Below are positions 42,016 to 55,396 of a stretch of DNA of 64,000 bases, in pieces. The stretch's first letter is position 1. Each line of letters begins with the position of its first letter. The DNA is taken from NCBI GenBank assembly GCA_951406725.2, contig OX597841.1, forward strand, positions 16,368,001 to 16,432,000, written 5' to 3'. The translations under genes and the position numbers were made by a program. The notes under the pieces are model-generated. The model saw nothing but the letters and a program-made list of their open reading frames with translations, ran no database searches and had not been told where the DNA came from. Source of the stretch: Octopus vulgaris (lineage: Eukaryota).

Positions 42016-42390
42016 AAAGGGATGTGTTCATGTGTGTATGTGTGTTTCGTATTTGACTCGAGAAGTACATACTAAAATGGATTTGTGAGACTTGTTTATA
42101 GCAAAAAGCCATTAGCTGTGACTACGCAAATATTTTTTATGCAAGGCAGATTGGCTCTGTAAGTATTTTATTAGTATGTAATAAATTGATTTCTTTCTCT
42201 TTCCTCTGCTGCAAAGCATGAAATGGAAAAGAAAGGGAAATTAGTTTTTTTTAGTCATGAACTGGTATCTCTTTTCTTAAGAAACTTCGTAGCTAGCTAC
42301 GAACTTACTATGCGCCATTCCTTCAAATCATCATTTCTTCATATCCCATGTTTCTTCATATCATCTACGTTTCGTTTCTTCGTATTACAC

Positions 42391-43550
42391 GCACAGGAGT
42401 GGCTGTGTGGTAAGTAGCTTGCTTGCCAACCACATGGTTCCGGGTTCAGTCCCACTGCGTGGCACTCTGGGCAAGTGTCTTCTCTACTATAGCCTCGGGC
42501 CGACCAAAGCCTTGTGAGTGGATTTGGTAGACGGAAACTGAAAGAAGCCTGTTGTGTATATGTATATGACACATACATATAGGCGCAGGAGTGGCTGTGT
42601 GGTAAGTAGCTTGCTTGCCAACCACATGGTTCCGGGTTCAGTCCCACTGCGTGGCACTCTGGGCAAGTGTCTTCTCTACATTAGCCTCGGGCCGACCAAA
42701 TCCTTGTGAGTGGATTTGGTAGACGGAAACTGAAAGAAGCCCGTCATATATATGTAGATGTATATATGTATGTGTCCGTGTATGTTTGTGTGTCTGTGTT
42801 TGTCCCCCTAGCATTGCTTGACAACCGATGCTGGTGTGTTCATATCCCCGTACTTAGCGGTTCGGCAAAAGAGACCGATAGAATAAGTACTAGGCTTACA
42901 AAGAATAAGTCCCGGGGTCGATTTGCTCGACTAAAGGCGGTGCTCCAGCATGGCCACAGTCAAATGACTGAAACAAGTAAAAGAGACCGATAGAATAAGT
43001 ACTAGGTTTGCAAAGAATAAGTCCTGGGGTCGATTTGCTCGACTAAAGGCGGTGCTCCTGCATGGCCACAGTCAAATGACTGAAACAAGTAAAAGAGACT
43101 GATAGAATAAGTACTGGGCTTACAAAGAATAAGTCCTGGGGTCGATTTGCTCGACTAAAGGCGGTGCTCCTGCATGGCCACAGTCAAATGACTGAAACAA
43201 GTAAAAGAGACCGATAGAATAAGTACTAGGCTTACAAAGAATAAGCCCCGGGGTCGATTTGCTCGACTAAAGGCGGTGCTCCAGCATGGCCACAGTCAAA
43301 TGACTGAAACAAGTAAAAGAGACTGATAGGATAAGTACTAGGTTTACAAAGAATAAGTCCTGGGGTCGATTTGCTCGACTAAAGGCGGTGCTCCAGCATG
43401 GCCACAGTCAAATGACTGAAACAAGTAAAAGAGACTGATAGAATAAGTACTGGGCTTACAAAGAATAAGTCCTGGGGTCGATTTGCTCGACTAAAGGCGG
43501 TGCTCCAGCATGGCCGCAGTCAACTGACTGAAACAAGTGAAAGAGTAAGA
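42391..43550 (+). mobile_element. SINE family A with duplicated head and six tandem 112-bp tails
   Basis: Heads at 42391 and 42582; tail units start at 42873, 42985, 43097, 43209, 43321 and 43433. Confidence 0.95.
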
Positions 43551-44331
43551 GCACGAGAACGAAAGTAAAAACTCGTCTAAGCTCAGAGAAACACATTTGC
43601 CTAGATGAATACCTGGATTATCGCCCTTATTACTACCATTCTCCAAATCTATCAAAACTTTTAAATGACTTCCAGCATTTCACATAGCAGGAAAGAATAT
43701 GATCCTCGAAAAAGAGAGGTCGGAAGTAGTGAATTACGGAAGTATTGCGTAAGTTCACGAAACAGCCATATGAAATCTCAACTACTGATCGTACAACAAT
43801 ATCATCTGTCAATAAGGTATTGGCTACTTTCGTGTCCTGTTTATGTTAAACTTAATTGTATGCTCTTTGCGTCATAAGAACTTTAGAAACTTCGCAGTAA
43901 GAACGAGAAATAATTATTTTCTGGAATTTCGGATCTCGAAGTTTTAATTTTAAAGCTATAAACAATGGGAAGCAAATTCTGAATTGAAAAACCGTAGACA
44001 TTGTCTGGTTTTTCTATCCCGAAATCCTTTACAAAGACAATATTTGCATGCTTTTGTTTGTAGTTTCGTGTGTGCTTCGAGATTCAGTTCTCCACAACAG
44101 GAATCGCAAACACACACACACACACACACGTATATAAAACTACTTACGCGTAAGTATACATGTATCTATCACTCTCCCCCTCCCCCTCTCTCTCTCTCTC
44201 TATATATATATATATGTTTATATATATATATATATATATATGTATAAATGGACACACATATATCTCTGTGTATATATATATATATATATATGGACACACA
44301 TATATCTGTGTATATATATATATATATATGG

Positions 44332-44375
<44 letters not shown>

Positions 44376-44388
44376 AAATGGACACACA

Positions 44389-44452
<64 letters not shown>

Positions 44453-44498
44453 GAGATACATAAATATTTATACAACAAATATAGCCAGAGATATATAT

Positions 44499-44553
<55 letters not shown>

Positions 44554-44773
44554 ATATAGATGCGTATACATATGTTCTGTTTTCTCTTTTGTTTTTTTCT
44601 TTTTAAATTCAAATATCGATTTTTTCATTAAACTTAAAGCTTTATATCGATTCTTATTTTATGATAATTTTTATTATCGATCTCAATTTCATGCTTTAAT
44701 CGGTTTTGTGTTCATTGATTAATTATAGCCATTAGGGTATATATATATGTGTGTGTATGTGTGTGTGTGTATA

Positions 44774-44833
<60 letters not shown>

Positions 44834-44949
44834 GTGAAAGAGTGTATATATGTGTGTATGTTTGTGTGTGCATGTGTGTGTTTGTCTGCGTTTGTTGTAT
44901 ATATATATGTATGTGTGTATGTATGTATGTGTGTACTTATATATGTATG

Positions 44950-45545
44950 TGTGTATGTATGTATGTATGTATGTGTGTATGCGTGAATGATTGTATGTAT
45001 GGATTTATGCGTGAGGGTCTTTTTGTAGTGGTCACAGCGTTAGTGGTACCATTGTTGTGAGTGTGCTGGTAGTAGTCTGCAGTGGTGGTGGTAATTGTAG
45101 TCCTGGTAGTAGTTTTGGTGGTGTCTGATGGCTGTCGTTCTTGTTCTTATGGACGGTGCGATGGTAGTAAGCTGTAGGGTATTGGTGGTGATGGTTGAGG
45201 TTGTAGCTGTGGTTGTGGTGGTGGTGTTTGTAGTAGTGGTGTATGTGTGTATGTATGTATGTATGTATGTATGTATGTGTGTATGCGTGAATGATTGTAT
45301 GTATGGATTTATGCGTGAGGGTCTTTTTGTAGTGGTCACAGCGTTAGTGGTACCATTGTTGTGAGTGTGCTGGTAGTAGTCTGCAGTGGTGGTGGTAATT
45401 GTAGTCCTGGTAGTAGTTTTGGTGGTGTCTGATGGCTGTCGTTCTTGTTCTTATGGACGGTGCGATGGTAGTAAGCTGTAGGGTATTGGTGGATGATGGT
45501 TGAGGTTGTAGCTGTGGTTGTGGTGGTGGTGTTTGTAGTAGTGGT
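44950..45545. repeat. Near-perfect tandem duplication, period 304 bp
   Basis: GCGTGAATGATTGTATG starts at 44981 and at 45285. Confidence 0.92.
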
Positions 45546-46224
45546 GTTTGTGGTAGTGGTGTTGTGGTTGTAGTGGTTGAGGTTGTGGATGTGGTGGTTG
45601 TGATGATGGTATTGGTTGGGGTGGTGCTGGTGGTGGTAATGCTGGTTGTGGTGGTGGAGTCAGCATGCTGTATATATGGTGTGGTGCTTTGGGGGGGGGG
45701 GGGAGACCAGAAAGAGGTGGCGGTGCTGGTTGAGGATGCTCTGTGGGATGTAAGGGTTGGTGGTGGTGTGATGGGGTGTGTCTCTTTCTTTCTATCAGTA
45801 GTAGCAGTAGTAGTAACAGTAGCAATAGTATTAGTAGTCTTGGTAGTAGTAGTCGTGGTAGTAGTAGTAGTAGTGGTAACTCCTACAATTTATGTGTCGT
45901 ATTGTCATCCTTTGCCCTTGTGGCAAATAAATGAAATTATTGTTATTGTTGTTGTTGTTATTATTAATAGTAGTAGTACTAGTAGTAGTACTAGTAGTAG
46001 TAGTAATGGTATTATTATGATTGTCATCTGTAGTAGTATTAGTAGTAGTAGTAGTAGTAGTAGTAGTAATGATAGTAATAGTAAGGGTAGTGTTATCTTT
46101 ATTGTTATTATTATTATTAGTAGTAGCTGTTGTAGTTGTGTTGGTGTGTGGATATTAAAAAAAAAACGGACATTAAAAACGAAAGGAACTTTCTCTTGTG
46201 TGCCACAGTAATAATAATATTAAT

Positions 46225-46259
<35 letters not shown>

Positions 46260-46336
46260 TGATGATGATGATGATGATAATAATAATAATGTTGATGATG
46301 ATAATAATAATAATAATGACGATGATGATGATGATG

Positions 46337-46381
<45 letters not shown>

Positions 46382-46653
46382 TTGATGATGATGATGATGA
46401 TAATAATGACGATGATGATGATGATAATAATAATGATGATGATTATAATAATGATGATGATGATGATGATGATAATGATGATGATGATGATGATGATGAT
46501 TATGATAATAATGATGATGATGATGATGATGATAATAATAATAATAATAATGTTGATGATGATTATAATGATGTTGATGTTGATGATGATGATGATGATA
46601 ATAATAATGATGATGATGATGGTGAGGATAATGGTGAGGATAATGATAATAAG

Positions 46654-46692
<39 letters not shown>

Positions 46693-46724
46693 AAATGTCT
46701 TTCGTCAATAGAAGACTTCCTTAA

Positions 46725-46765
46725 TACCAAGGGCGGTGCGTTGTCATAGTAACGGAAGCTGGGTA
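46725..46765. promoter_or_regulatory. Candidate regulatory island: GC box, RFX X-box-like, ETS core
   Basis: GGGCGG at 46731-46736, GTTGTCATAGTAAC at 46740-46753, CGGAAG at 46753-46758, downstream of (GA)n. Confidence 0.4.
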
Positions 46766-46814
46766 GGCGTACGGAGGCTGCGATCATTATTTCTGGTCGT
46801 CATTCTTTCTCTGT

Positions 46815-46847
<33 letters not shown>

Positions 46848-47472
46848 TTCCCTTCTTTTCCTTCACTCTTTCACCCCCTCCTCTTCCTCCACCACCACCA
46901 CCACCACCACCACCATTTACAATATCATCATCATCATCATCATCATCCAAGTTGTTGTCGGCATCATCGTCGTCATCGTCATCATCATCATCATCATCGC
47001 CGCCGTCGTTGTCGTCTCTCCTTTTATTTTCTTTTTCATCCCCTTCTCTCGTAACCACCACAACCACTACCACAACCACCACCACAATCACCAACACCAT
47101 CGCCACAACCACCACCACCAATTGCCTCATCTGTCCTCCACATTGTTGCGTCGTCGTCGTCGTCATAATCATTATCATCATTATCACCAACTCCACCCAC
47201 CACCCACCGCCACTACCATTACCACCACCACCCACCACAATTATCATCGCCAGCACCACCACTATCATCATCATCATCATCATCATCAAGTTCAAAGCCA
47301 AATTTCAAGTTGGCTCTTCGTTCCTATCCACGACAAAATCGTAGACTATAGCATCCATATGCTCACAAAAAAACGCAAATTTCACAACTTGCGAAATAAA
47401 CACTACGATTTCACTCGGCACACTGCCGCCCCATGAAGGTCACTGCTAGCTCTCACTACGCGCGCAACCGTG

Positions 47473-47489
47473 TGCTGCCATCTGTTGGT
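47473..47489 (-). promoter_or_regulatory. CTCF-like motif
   Basis: Minus strand ACCAACAGATGGCAGCA in a CpG-containing unique island. Confidence 0.4.
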
Positions 47490-47598
47490 GAGCTACAGAA
47501 CTAGGCCGGGAACATTTTGAGATCACCACGTAAAGAACCTGTTTTCTTTCGCCTGTGAGATTAAAAGCCTCCAATACAGGCGATTAAAGGTCGGAGAG

Positions 47599-47795
47599 TC
47601 ATCATCATCATTATTGTGCGACCGTGGTCGAGACAATGGAATTTACTATGTTACGCCAGACTTCACGGTCCATCATAGCATTACGGAGGTCCTGTTGCTA
47701 GATGCCTGTATCCCTGGAGATTACATCAAGGTAGGAGAGTGTGCGCCCTCTGGTATTGCGAGTAGATGGCTTCCAGAGGAGAAGAGTGTCACTTT
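47599..47795 (-). mobile_element. RTE-X/RTE-like LINE extreme 3' end
   Basis: Minus strand LLWKPSTRNTRGRTLSYLDVISRDTGI*QQDLRNAMMDREVWRNIV..., then a (TGA)n tail. Confidence 0.75.
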
Positions 47796-48069
47796 GGTAT
47801 GAAATCATCAAAACCTACGGCGATACAGTGGAGCAAGATTTCTCAACTACTTTTTTTACCTATGGACCCCTTTGATTACCATTTTATTCTGATGGATCCC
47901 CGTAGACATCCAATGGTTATAAACTAGTTTTATAGAAACTTCTTCCAAAATTCCTATGTTTTTGTATAGGGGAGTGTGTGCGTCTTGGTGTGCAGTGTGT
48001 GTGTATGTGTGTGCGTGTATCAGGGTTAATGTGTTTATTCGAACTTGAGCGTAATCTGTTATTCTCTCG

Positions 48070-48286
48070 TTCTTTTACTTGCTTCCGTTTATGAAACTGC
48101 GGCCATGCTGGAGCACCGCCTTTTGGAGTTGAACAAATGAACACCAGAACGTATACTTTGTAAGCCTGGTACTTATTCTATCGGAGTCTTTTGCCCAACC
48201 GCTATGTTACGCGGACGCAAACATGCCAACATGGGTTATATCAAGCGATGGTGGAGGGACAAACAAAGGCACACAAATACAGACAT

Positions 48287-48290
<4 letters not shown>
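48070..48290 (-). mobile_element. SINE family A, diverged 3' half
   Basis: CTGCGGCCATGCTGGAGCACCGCC...GGTACTTATTCTATCGG. Confidence 0.8.
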
Positions 48291-48317
<27 letters not shown>

Positions 48318-48342
48318 CTGTTACACACATATATATTGCAAA

Positions 48343-48978
48343 CTAGCAGTATCGCCCGGTGTTGCTCGGGTTTTTTAAGGGAAATAACTATATAAGCATT
48401 TTTAGAGATGTAAAGTATAATAGCCATCTCAATCTGGCTAACCACAAAGGAGGGGTGGGGGTGTTACTGTAGCTTTTTACGTTCTGAGATTTAATAATAC
48501 ATTTTTAGAGTTACTTCCCTTATATATGCCAAAAATGCATTATAGATAGATAGATACATAGATACTGTTACACACATATATATTGCAAACTAGCAGTATC
48601 GCCCGGTGTTGCTCGGGTTTTTTAAGGGAAATAACTATATAAGCATTTTTAGAGATGTAAAGTATAATAGCCATCTCAATATGGCTAACCACAAAGGGGG
48701 GTGGGGGTGTTACAGTAGCTGAGATTTAATAATAAATTTTTAGAGAGTTACTTCCCTTATATATGCCAAAAATGCATTAAAAATGGGAAAAATTGATGGT
48801 AATTTTTTTTTAATCGTAGACTCATTGTAGACGCGCGCTAATACCCAAAAGGGCTCGATATGAATCACGACTATAAGATACCCGGTTTTGGTTAAACTAC
48901 ACCGCAAAATGTGTGAGTAGTTAGGAATCTAAATCGTAGGAGACAGACAGTACACAACCTCACTTTTATATATAAAGA
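48343..48978 (-). mobile_element. Non-autonomous Helitron with duplicated 3' end
   Basis: Minus 5' TCTTTATATATAAAAGTGAGG at 48978; 3' hairpin CCCG-AGCAACAC-CGGG then CGATACTG-CTAG at both 48590 and 48343. Confidence 0.85.
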
Positions 48979-50275
48979 TTAGAGAAAGAAACCTAGCTGT
49001 TCCTTGCAATACGTACCAATGCATACATCGAATGTAGGGAATCCCATCCATTTTTGTTTATCTTTTAATTACCTTTTTATTCCGGTGGACCTCCATAGCC
49101 ATTTGATGTTAAACCAGTTTCATTGAAACTTCTTCCAAAATTCCTATTTTGTTTTTACCATTTTAGTTTGTGTAGGATGAACTATCTAAAACCTGGCTGT
49201 TTCTTCTAATACTTACCAATACATACATCTAATGCAGGGCTGTCAACCATTTTTTAATTATAGACCCCTTTGATTAATATCTTATTCCATAGCCATTCAA
49301 TGTTTATAAACTAATTTTATATATACTTCTTTCAAAATTTCTATTTTGTTTTTAACACATTAAACTTTGGTTAAACTTTGTAAAATGTTAGAGAAAAAAA
49401 AAGAAACTCGCTGTTTCTTGTAATACATTAAAATACATACATCTAAAGCAGGGGTTCTTAACCATTATCTTATCTATGGACCCTTTTGAATTACCGTTTT
49501 ATTCTGGTGGACCCCACTCTAGCCATTCCATGTTTAAAATCTCGTTTTATAGAAACTTCTTTCAAAATTCCTATTTTGTTCTTCAAACATTTATTTGCGT
49601 AGGTTGAACTGAGTAAAACGTTAGAGAAAAAACCCCAGCTTTTTCTTCCAATACTTACCAATAGATACATCTTAAGCAGGGGTTCTTCACCATTTTCTTT
49701 ATCTATAGACCTCCTTGAAATACTATTTTATTCCGGTGGACCCCACTCTAGCCGTTCTATGTTCAAAAACTAGTTTCCTTGAAACTTCTTCCAAAATTCC
49801 TATTTTGTTTTTCCCATTTTAGTTTGCGTAGGTTGAACTATCTAAAACATTACAGAAATAAACCTGGCTGTATCTTCTAATACTTACCAATACATACATC
49901 TAATGCAGGGCTGTCAACCATTTTTTAATTATAGACCCCTTTGATTAATATCTTATTCCATAGCCATTCAATGTTTATAAACTAATTTTATATATACTTC
50001 TTTCAAAATTTCTATTTTGTTTTTAACACATTAAACTTTGGTTAAACTTTGTAAAATGTTAGAGAAAAAAAAAGAAACTCGCTGTTTCTTGTAATACATT
50101 AAAATACATACATCTAAAGCAGGGGTTCTTAACCATTTTTTTTTATCCATGTTTAAAAACTAATTTTATATATACTTCCTTCAAAATTTCTATTTTGTTT
50201 TTCACACATTTACTTGCGTTGGTTGATCTAAGTAAGATGTTAGAGAAAAATGCCTAACTGTTTCTACCAATACAT

Positions 50276-50659
50276 GGGAAGCACTCCGTCGGTTACGACG
50301 ATGAGGGTTCCGGTTGATCCGAATCAACGGAACAGCCTGCTCGTGAAATTAACGTGTAAGTGGCTAAGCACTCCACAGACACGTGCACCCTTAACGTAGT
50401 TCTCGGGGATATTCAGCGTGACACAGAGAGTGACAAGGCCGGCCCTTTGAAATACAGGTACAACAGAAACAGGAAGTAAGAGTGAGAGAAAGTTGTGGTG
50501 AAAGAGTACAGCAGGGATCACCACCATCCCCTGCCGGAGGCTCGTGGAACTTTTAGGTGTTTTCGCTCAATAAACACTCACAACGCCCGGTCTGGGAATC
50601 GAAACCGCGATCCTATGACCGCGAGTCCGCTGCCCTAACCACTGGGCCATTGCGCCTCC
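50276..50659 (-). mobile_element. SINE family B, tail type 2, with TSD
   Basis: Head GGAGGCGCAATGGCCCAGTGGTTAGGGCAGCGGACTCGCGG (TCG at the anticodon-like position). 11-bp TSD TACCAATACAT at 50265-50275 and 50660-50670. Confidence 0.92.
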
Positions 50660-51017
50660 TACCAATACATACCAATGCATACAACGAAAGCAAAATACTA
50701 CTCTTCATCCTCAACTCACTATTTTGCTTGCGCGGACCCCTAAAAATTGTGTATGGACTCATAAGGGTCATATGGACCCTAGTCGGGTCCCCCATTATTC
50801 TAGTGGACCCCCATAGCCTTTCGATGTCTAAAAATAAGTTTTATAGAAACGTCTTTCAAAATTCCTATTTTGTTCTTCAAACATTAACTTGTGTAGGTTG
50901 AACTTTGTAAATTGTTAGAGAAAAAAAAAACCTTGCTGTTTCTAGTAATACATTAAAATACATACATCTAAAGCAGGGGTTCTTAACCATTATTTTTATC
51001 AATGTTTAAAAACTGGT

Positions 51018-51259
51018 TTTACTCTTTTACTCTTTTACTTGTTTCAGTCATTTGACTGCGGCCATGCTGGAGCACCGCCGTTTATCGAGCAACTCGACCC
51101 CGGGACTTATTCTTTTGTAAGCCCAGTACTTATTCTATCGGTCTCTCTTTTGCCGAACCGCTAAGTAACGGGGACGTAAACACACCAGCATCGGTTGTCA
51201 AGCAATGCTAGGGGGACAAACACAGACTCACATACATACATACATACATGCATACATAC

Positions 51260-51321
<62 letters not shown>

Positions 51322-51372
51322 GACAGGCTTCTTTCAGTTTCCCTGTAAGTTTGGATTTATTCCCTAATATTT

Positions 51373-51420
<48 letters not shown>

Positions 51421-51467
51421 CGGTGCTCCAGCATGGCCGCAGTCAAATGACTGAAACAAGTAAAAGA

Positions 51468-51507
<40 letters not shown>

Positions 51508-51669
51508 GACAGGCTTCTTTCAGTTTCCGTCTACCAAATCCACTCACAAGGCTTTGGTTGGCCCGAGGCTATAGCAGAAGACGCTTGCCCAAGGTGCCAC
51601 GCAGTGGGACTGAACCTGGAACCATGTGGTTGGTAAACAAGCTACTTACCACACAGCCACTCCTGCGCC
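51018..51669 (-). mobile_element. SINE family A with an inverted tail fragment in its internal microsatellite
   Basis: Minus-strand tail 51018-51340, plus-strand tail piece 51417-51470, minus-strand head 51505-51669. Confidence 0.88.
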
Positions 51670-51989
51670 TTTTATAGAAAATTCTTTCAAAATCCCTATT
51701 TTGTTTTTCGGCCATTAACTTGTGTAGATTGATCTATGTAAAATGTTAGAGAAGGAAACCCAACTGTTTCTTCCAATACGTACCAATACATACTTCTAAA
51801 GCAAAACGTTTTCAGAGGCCCTTAAAATTGTGGATCTCCAATTTACTATTTTGCTACGTGGACCCCAATCCGCCCCAAATTCTTATGTGGACCCTCAGAC
51901 ACCGTAGGGATCTCGGTTGAGAACCACTCTACCGGGTAGATATATGATTCAATTTCCATCGCTGGAAGGCATTGACATTAGAAAACACT

Positions 51990-52690
51990 GCTATCACCAC
52001 CACCACCACCACCACCACCACCACCACCACCACCACTACCACCACCATCGCCACCACCACCGCCACCATCGCCACCACCACCACCGCCACCATCGCCACC
52101 ACTGCCATGTATACAACAATCACCACTCTACTACCACCGTTTACCACCGGCAGAGCAACAACTACCACTGCTATCACCACCACCACCACCACCACCACCA
52201 TCATAATCACTACGATGACAGTCGATATCATATCACCACTACCACCTCCACCACAACAACAACAACTGCAGCAGTAACAACAGAAGCAACAAAGACAAGA
52301 ACAATAAAAACAATATAAACATCACCACTACGACCACCACTACCACCACCACCACCACCCACCATCACCACCACAGCCAACACCACCAGCACCACCAGCA
52401 CCACCACCACCATCACCACCACCATCACCAGCACCACCACCATCACCACCATCACCACCACCACCACCACCACCACCATCACCACCATCACCACCACCAT
52501 CACCAGCACCACCACCATCACCACCATCACCACCACCAGCACCACCACCATCATCACCACCACAGCTATCACCACCACCACCATCACCACCAACACCAGC
52601 ACCATCACCACACTCACAACCATCGCCACCACCACCAACACCAGCACCAGCACTACCGTCGCCATCACCACAGCCAACGACACCGACAGC
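51990..52690. repeat. (CAC)n/(CAT)n/(CAG)n compound microsatellite
   Basis: Directly visible. Confidence 0.92.
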
Positions 52691-53711
52691 GCCAATCAAA
52701 AGAACCCCATTGGCCACATAAAATGATGCAGTCCAAGGTAGACGATGTCTGAAATATAGAAATGGAGTAATGGTTCATTCTTCTTACTCCTTGATCATGG
52801 GGCCACACTGACTGAGCATGGGCATTACGCACTACACACACACCCACACCCACCCACCAACACACACAAATACAAGCGCACATGTACACACGCACAAATA
52901 CAGACACAACACACACACACACACACGCATAAACACACATATATGTGTACGCATCCGTACACATACACAAACACACACATATCTGCACACGTACGCACAC
53001 ACACACACATACAAACACATATACATATGCACACACACACACACTCAAACACACACTTGTTCACATACACATAGACACAGAGACGCGAATCGTGCGCACA
53101 CACACACAAACACACACACACAGATGTGCATACGTGCAGACATATACACACACACACGTCTTCACATGAACACACACACGAAACACACACAGATATACAC
53201 ACACATCTCTGAGTCACATGACGTTCCTACATGTTGTCAGAGATTAATTTTCTGCTCATTGCATTAAACACATACGCACACATACACGCACACATACACG
53301 CACACACACACGCACACACACACGAACACACGCGCTCGCACTTATACACACACGTACACATATATGCACACACATGCACACACACATACAAACACACATA
53401 TACACACACATACGCGAACACTCACACACACACACACACACACAAGAATGCGGACTCCGTGTATACACATACATACGCACACGCTCACAGATAAATTCAC
53501 ACACAGCTAAACCCCGCGCACACACACACACATACACAGAAAGACACTCACCCAGGCGCATGCAGACACGAACATACAGCAGAGCGCATTAGCTCATCTC
53601 TGTACACGCAATCAGACTGCATACACATACATACACATGCACGAACATGCACACTGATTCACATGTACACACATATTATGTACGCATAGACTTTACACAT
53701 AGGCACATCTA

Positions 53712-53770
<59 letters not shown>

Positions 53771-53788
53771 ACGCGTATGCTTCATATA

Positions 53789-53829
<41 letters not shown>

Positions 53830-53903
53830 CACACACACACACACACACACGTATATATATATATATGCATATACAGACACACACATATATCTATGTAGAT
53901 ATG

Positions 53904-53938
<35 letters not shown>

Positions 53939-53959
53939 TCCTGAAGATGTACACATACT

Positions 53960-53993
<34 letters not shown>

Positions 53994-54121
53994 CGCATCT
54001 ATATGTGTAAACCTATGTTTATATATACATGTATATATGTATATATATGTATACATATATATATATATAGATATATATGCATACATACATACAGATATGT
54101 ATATACATACACATATACATG

Positions 54122-54163
<42 letters not shown>

Positions 54164-54259
54164 TACATATACATACATGTACACGTATACACGCTATCAA
54201 CAAGTGCAGTCATGGCGACACACAGACAAGCTACATCCATTCCCCACTTCCCGCGCAGC

Positions 54260-54311
<52 letters not shown>

Positions 54312-54634
54312 CACACATACACGCACACCACACTTCATAGTGTTCAAGGTTAATGAATTTCATTCAAGATGGTTCTTCTCTCCTAATTCACAAGTGATTT
54401 CCGCCATTACGACACAACATCGTCGCCATCTTCTTTCGCGCCTTTACATCTCTGTCGTCTGCTTTTAATGAAATTTTCCAACGGTCGACATTTTTCTTCT
54501 TTCTTCGTCTTTCTCGTTTCCTCTCTTTCTTCTTTCTTTCTTTCTTTCTTATATTTCTCTTTCATAAAACTTTTTCCTAAACTTCTTTAATTTTCTTTAA
54601 CTTTATTTCTCTGCCTCTTCCGAAATCATCGAAA

Positions 54635-54965
54635 ACGTCATCATCGTCATCGTTGGCGTCGTCGTCATCGTCGTCATCGTTGTCGTCGTCGTCATCGTCG
54701 TCGTAATTCCCCTTCTCATCATCGTCATCATCAGAATCCCCATCGTCTTCGTCATCGCTGTAATCGTCATCACCTTCTTCTTCTTCTTCTTCTTCTTCTT
54801 CTTCTTCTTCTTCTTCTTCTTCTTCTTCTTCTTCTTCTTCTTCTTCTCCTTCTCCTTCTTCTTCTTCTTCTTCTTCTTCTTCTTCTTCTTCTTCTTCTTC
54901 TTCCTCCTACTCCTCTGTTTCCTTCTTCCTTACTATCTCTGGACCAATTCTTTTCTGATTATTTT

Positions 54966-54997
<32 letters not shown>

Positions 54998-55362
54998 CGT
55001 GATCATCACCACCACAGCAATCGTCATCATCATCATCATCATAATCATCTTCATCACCATCACCATCATCACCACCACCACGACCACCATCATCACCATC
55101 ATCAATATTTATTTGTTGATATTACGTTTAGTAGTACCGACATCATTATAGTTGCTATTATCATCAAATATTATTTTTATTATCATTATTATTATTATTA
55201 TCATTATTATTACTATTATTTTTATTATCATTATTATTATTATTATCATTATTATTACTATTATTCTTATTATCATTATTATTATTATTATCATTATTAT
55301 TACTATTATTTTTATTATTATTATTATTATCATTATTATTACTATCATTATTATTATTATTA

Positions 55363-55396
<34 letters not shown>

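Larger units (their letters stand above)
47826..51930 (+). repeat. Tandem array (~210-230-bp units) derived from a hAT-type MITE left end, closed by one right TIR
   Basis: Repeated CAGGGGTTCTTAACC...GGACCCC units (49449, 49677, 49906, 50120, 50974); terminal GGTTGAGAACCACT at 51915-51928. Carries nested SINEs and a Helitron. Confidence 0.75.

Noticed and set aside
42873-43545. CRISPR-like regular array
   Set aside because: Units are contiguous 112-bp SINE tails with no unique spacers; no cas genes; eukaryotic context.
43560-43910. Possible decayed mariner transposase
   Set aside because: Only a faint resemblance; no frame could be reconstructed by eye.
44610-44685. Three ATCGAT sites within 70 bp
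   Set aside because: Short motif in AT-rich DNA; significance cannot be established without conservation data.
52690-52720. Inverted CCAAT pair
   Set aside because: Five-base motifs with no other promoter evidence.
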